A stretch of 64,000 nt of DNA from Adineta vaga. Lineage: Eukaryota; Animalia; Rotifera. Of the stretch, positions 63,174-64,000 are shown one piece after another. The first letter of the stretch is position 1. Each line of letters begins with the position of its first letter. The notes under the pieces were generated by a model that had not been told where the DNA came from, did not search any database, and saw only the letters and a list, made by a program, of their open reading frames with translations. The position numbers were made by a program, and so were the translations under genes. Location of the stretch: contig CP075492.1 of assembly GCA_021613535.1 (NCBI GenBank), positions 19,220,001 through 19,284,000 on the forward strand. Reading direction: 5' to 3'.

Positions 63174-63247
63174 TTGAGAGTGTGGTTGATGTGAGAGTAG
63201 CATATTTACACATTATTCTCACCTACCCACACCCACACCCTCAAGAT
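63174..63247. repeat. Telomere-like palindrome
   Basis: TTGAGAGTGTGG...CACCTACCCACACCCACACCCTCAAGAT. Confidence 0.85.
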
Positions 63248-63963
63248 CTCGGCTGCTTTCCATACAAGAAAATCAAACAGCCAAGATTGAGGAATCTTCA
63301 AAAAACGAAGAGAGTCAAATTTGCAAATTGGGTGTTGAATAATTACACCAAAGATGATACAAAAATGTGGCTGTTTTCAGATGAAAAATATTTTGATTTA
63401 GATGGAATATATAACGTTCAGAACGATCGGGTGTGGGCTGTGAGCAGGAAAGAGGCTGATGAGAGAGGTGCTATACATGAAAAAACAAAATTTCCGGTGA
63501 AAGTAACGGTGTGGATGGGTGTGTGTGGAGAAGGACTGACGGTGCCTGTTATTTTTGAAGATGGGACAATGGATGCTCGAAGATACATTGATGAAGTTCT
63601 TCCAATAGCTTTAAAATGTGACAACAAAATATGTTAGGAAACAATTGGACGTATCTGCAAGATGGTGCTAAACCTCACACACATCATCTTAGTCAAGAAT
63701 GGTGTGCTGATCATTTTCCTGCATTTATCTCCAAGGATCATTGGCCTCCTGATTCACCTGATCTATGTCCATTTGATTATAGTTTATGGAATGAATTAGG
63801 TGAAGCTATAAACTGGGAACATGCAACAACAAAGGCAGCGTTAATAGAAGAGATAAAATGTTCTGTCAAAAGAGTTGATAAAAAAAAAGATTTTAAATTC
63901 TGTACTTGATTTTACTGAACGATTACGTTTAATAAAAAAAATGGAGGAAAGTATATTCGTTAA
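63245..63963 (+). pseudogene. 5'-truncated DD37D (maT-type) Tc1/mariner transposase
   Basis: FSDEKYF, QDGAKPH and WPPDSPDLCPFDY motifs (37 residues counted between the last two Asp); frameshifts; begins exactly at the palindrome end. Confidence 0.85.
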
Positions 63964-64000
63964 ATAAAATATACTATCTTGTGCAGAATTTCAAGCTCCT

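Noticed and set aside
736-63247. CRISPR-array interpretation of the repeat/spacer palindromes
   Set aside because: Copies are kilobases apart, inverted rather than direct, and variable in length; there are no cas genes and the context is eukaryotic.
13384-63627. Numerous 60-120 aa antisense or alternate-frame ORFs in the ORF track
   Set aside because: They overlap better-supported genes or TEs on the other strand or frame and lack motifs.
1-64000. tRNA or rRNA genes
   Set aside because: No cloverleaf or rRNA-like conserved sequence recognised by eye.

Overview
AT-rich eukaryotic genomic DNA with short (~50-70 nt) GT-AG introns. It is most consistent with a bdelloid rotifer (inference): TGTGGG telomere-like repeats, kelch, F-box/LRR and ART family genes, and several bacterial/fungal-like genes. 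The window is a patchwork of roughly 18 apparently intact genes and 10 or more pseudogenes or truncated genes. Mobile DNA includes an intact DD34D mariner, an intact intron-containing hAT element, mariner and DD37D fragments, MITEs and a solo LTR, and one segment carries two hammerhead-ribozyme motifs. The most striking unexplained structure is a family of about 30 short (50-90 bp, one ~165 bp) head-to-head palindromes: ATCTTGAGGG(TGTGGG-like)n, a variable spacer, then (CCCACA-like)nCCCTCAAGAT. They occur about every 2 kb, never inside an intact ORF. They partition the window into 1-3 gene blocks, often sit just past stop codons, and repeatedly mark the exact point at which a gene or transposase is truncated. 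All protein calls come from motif recognition by eye; no database searches were run.
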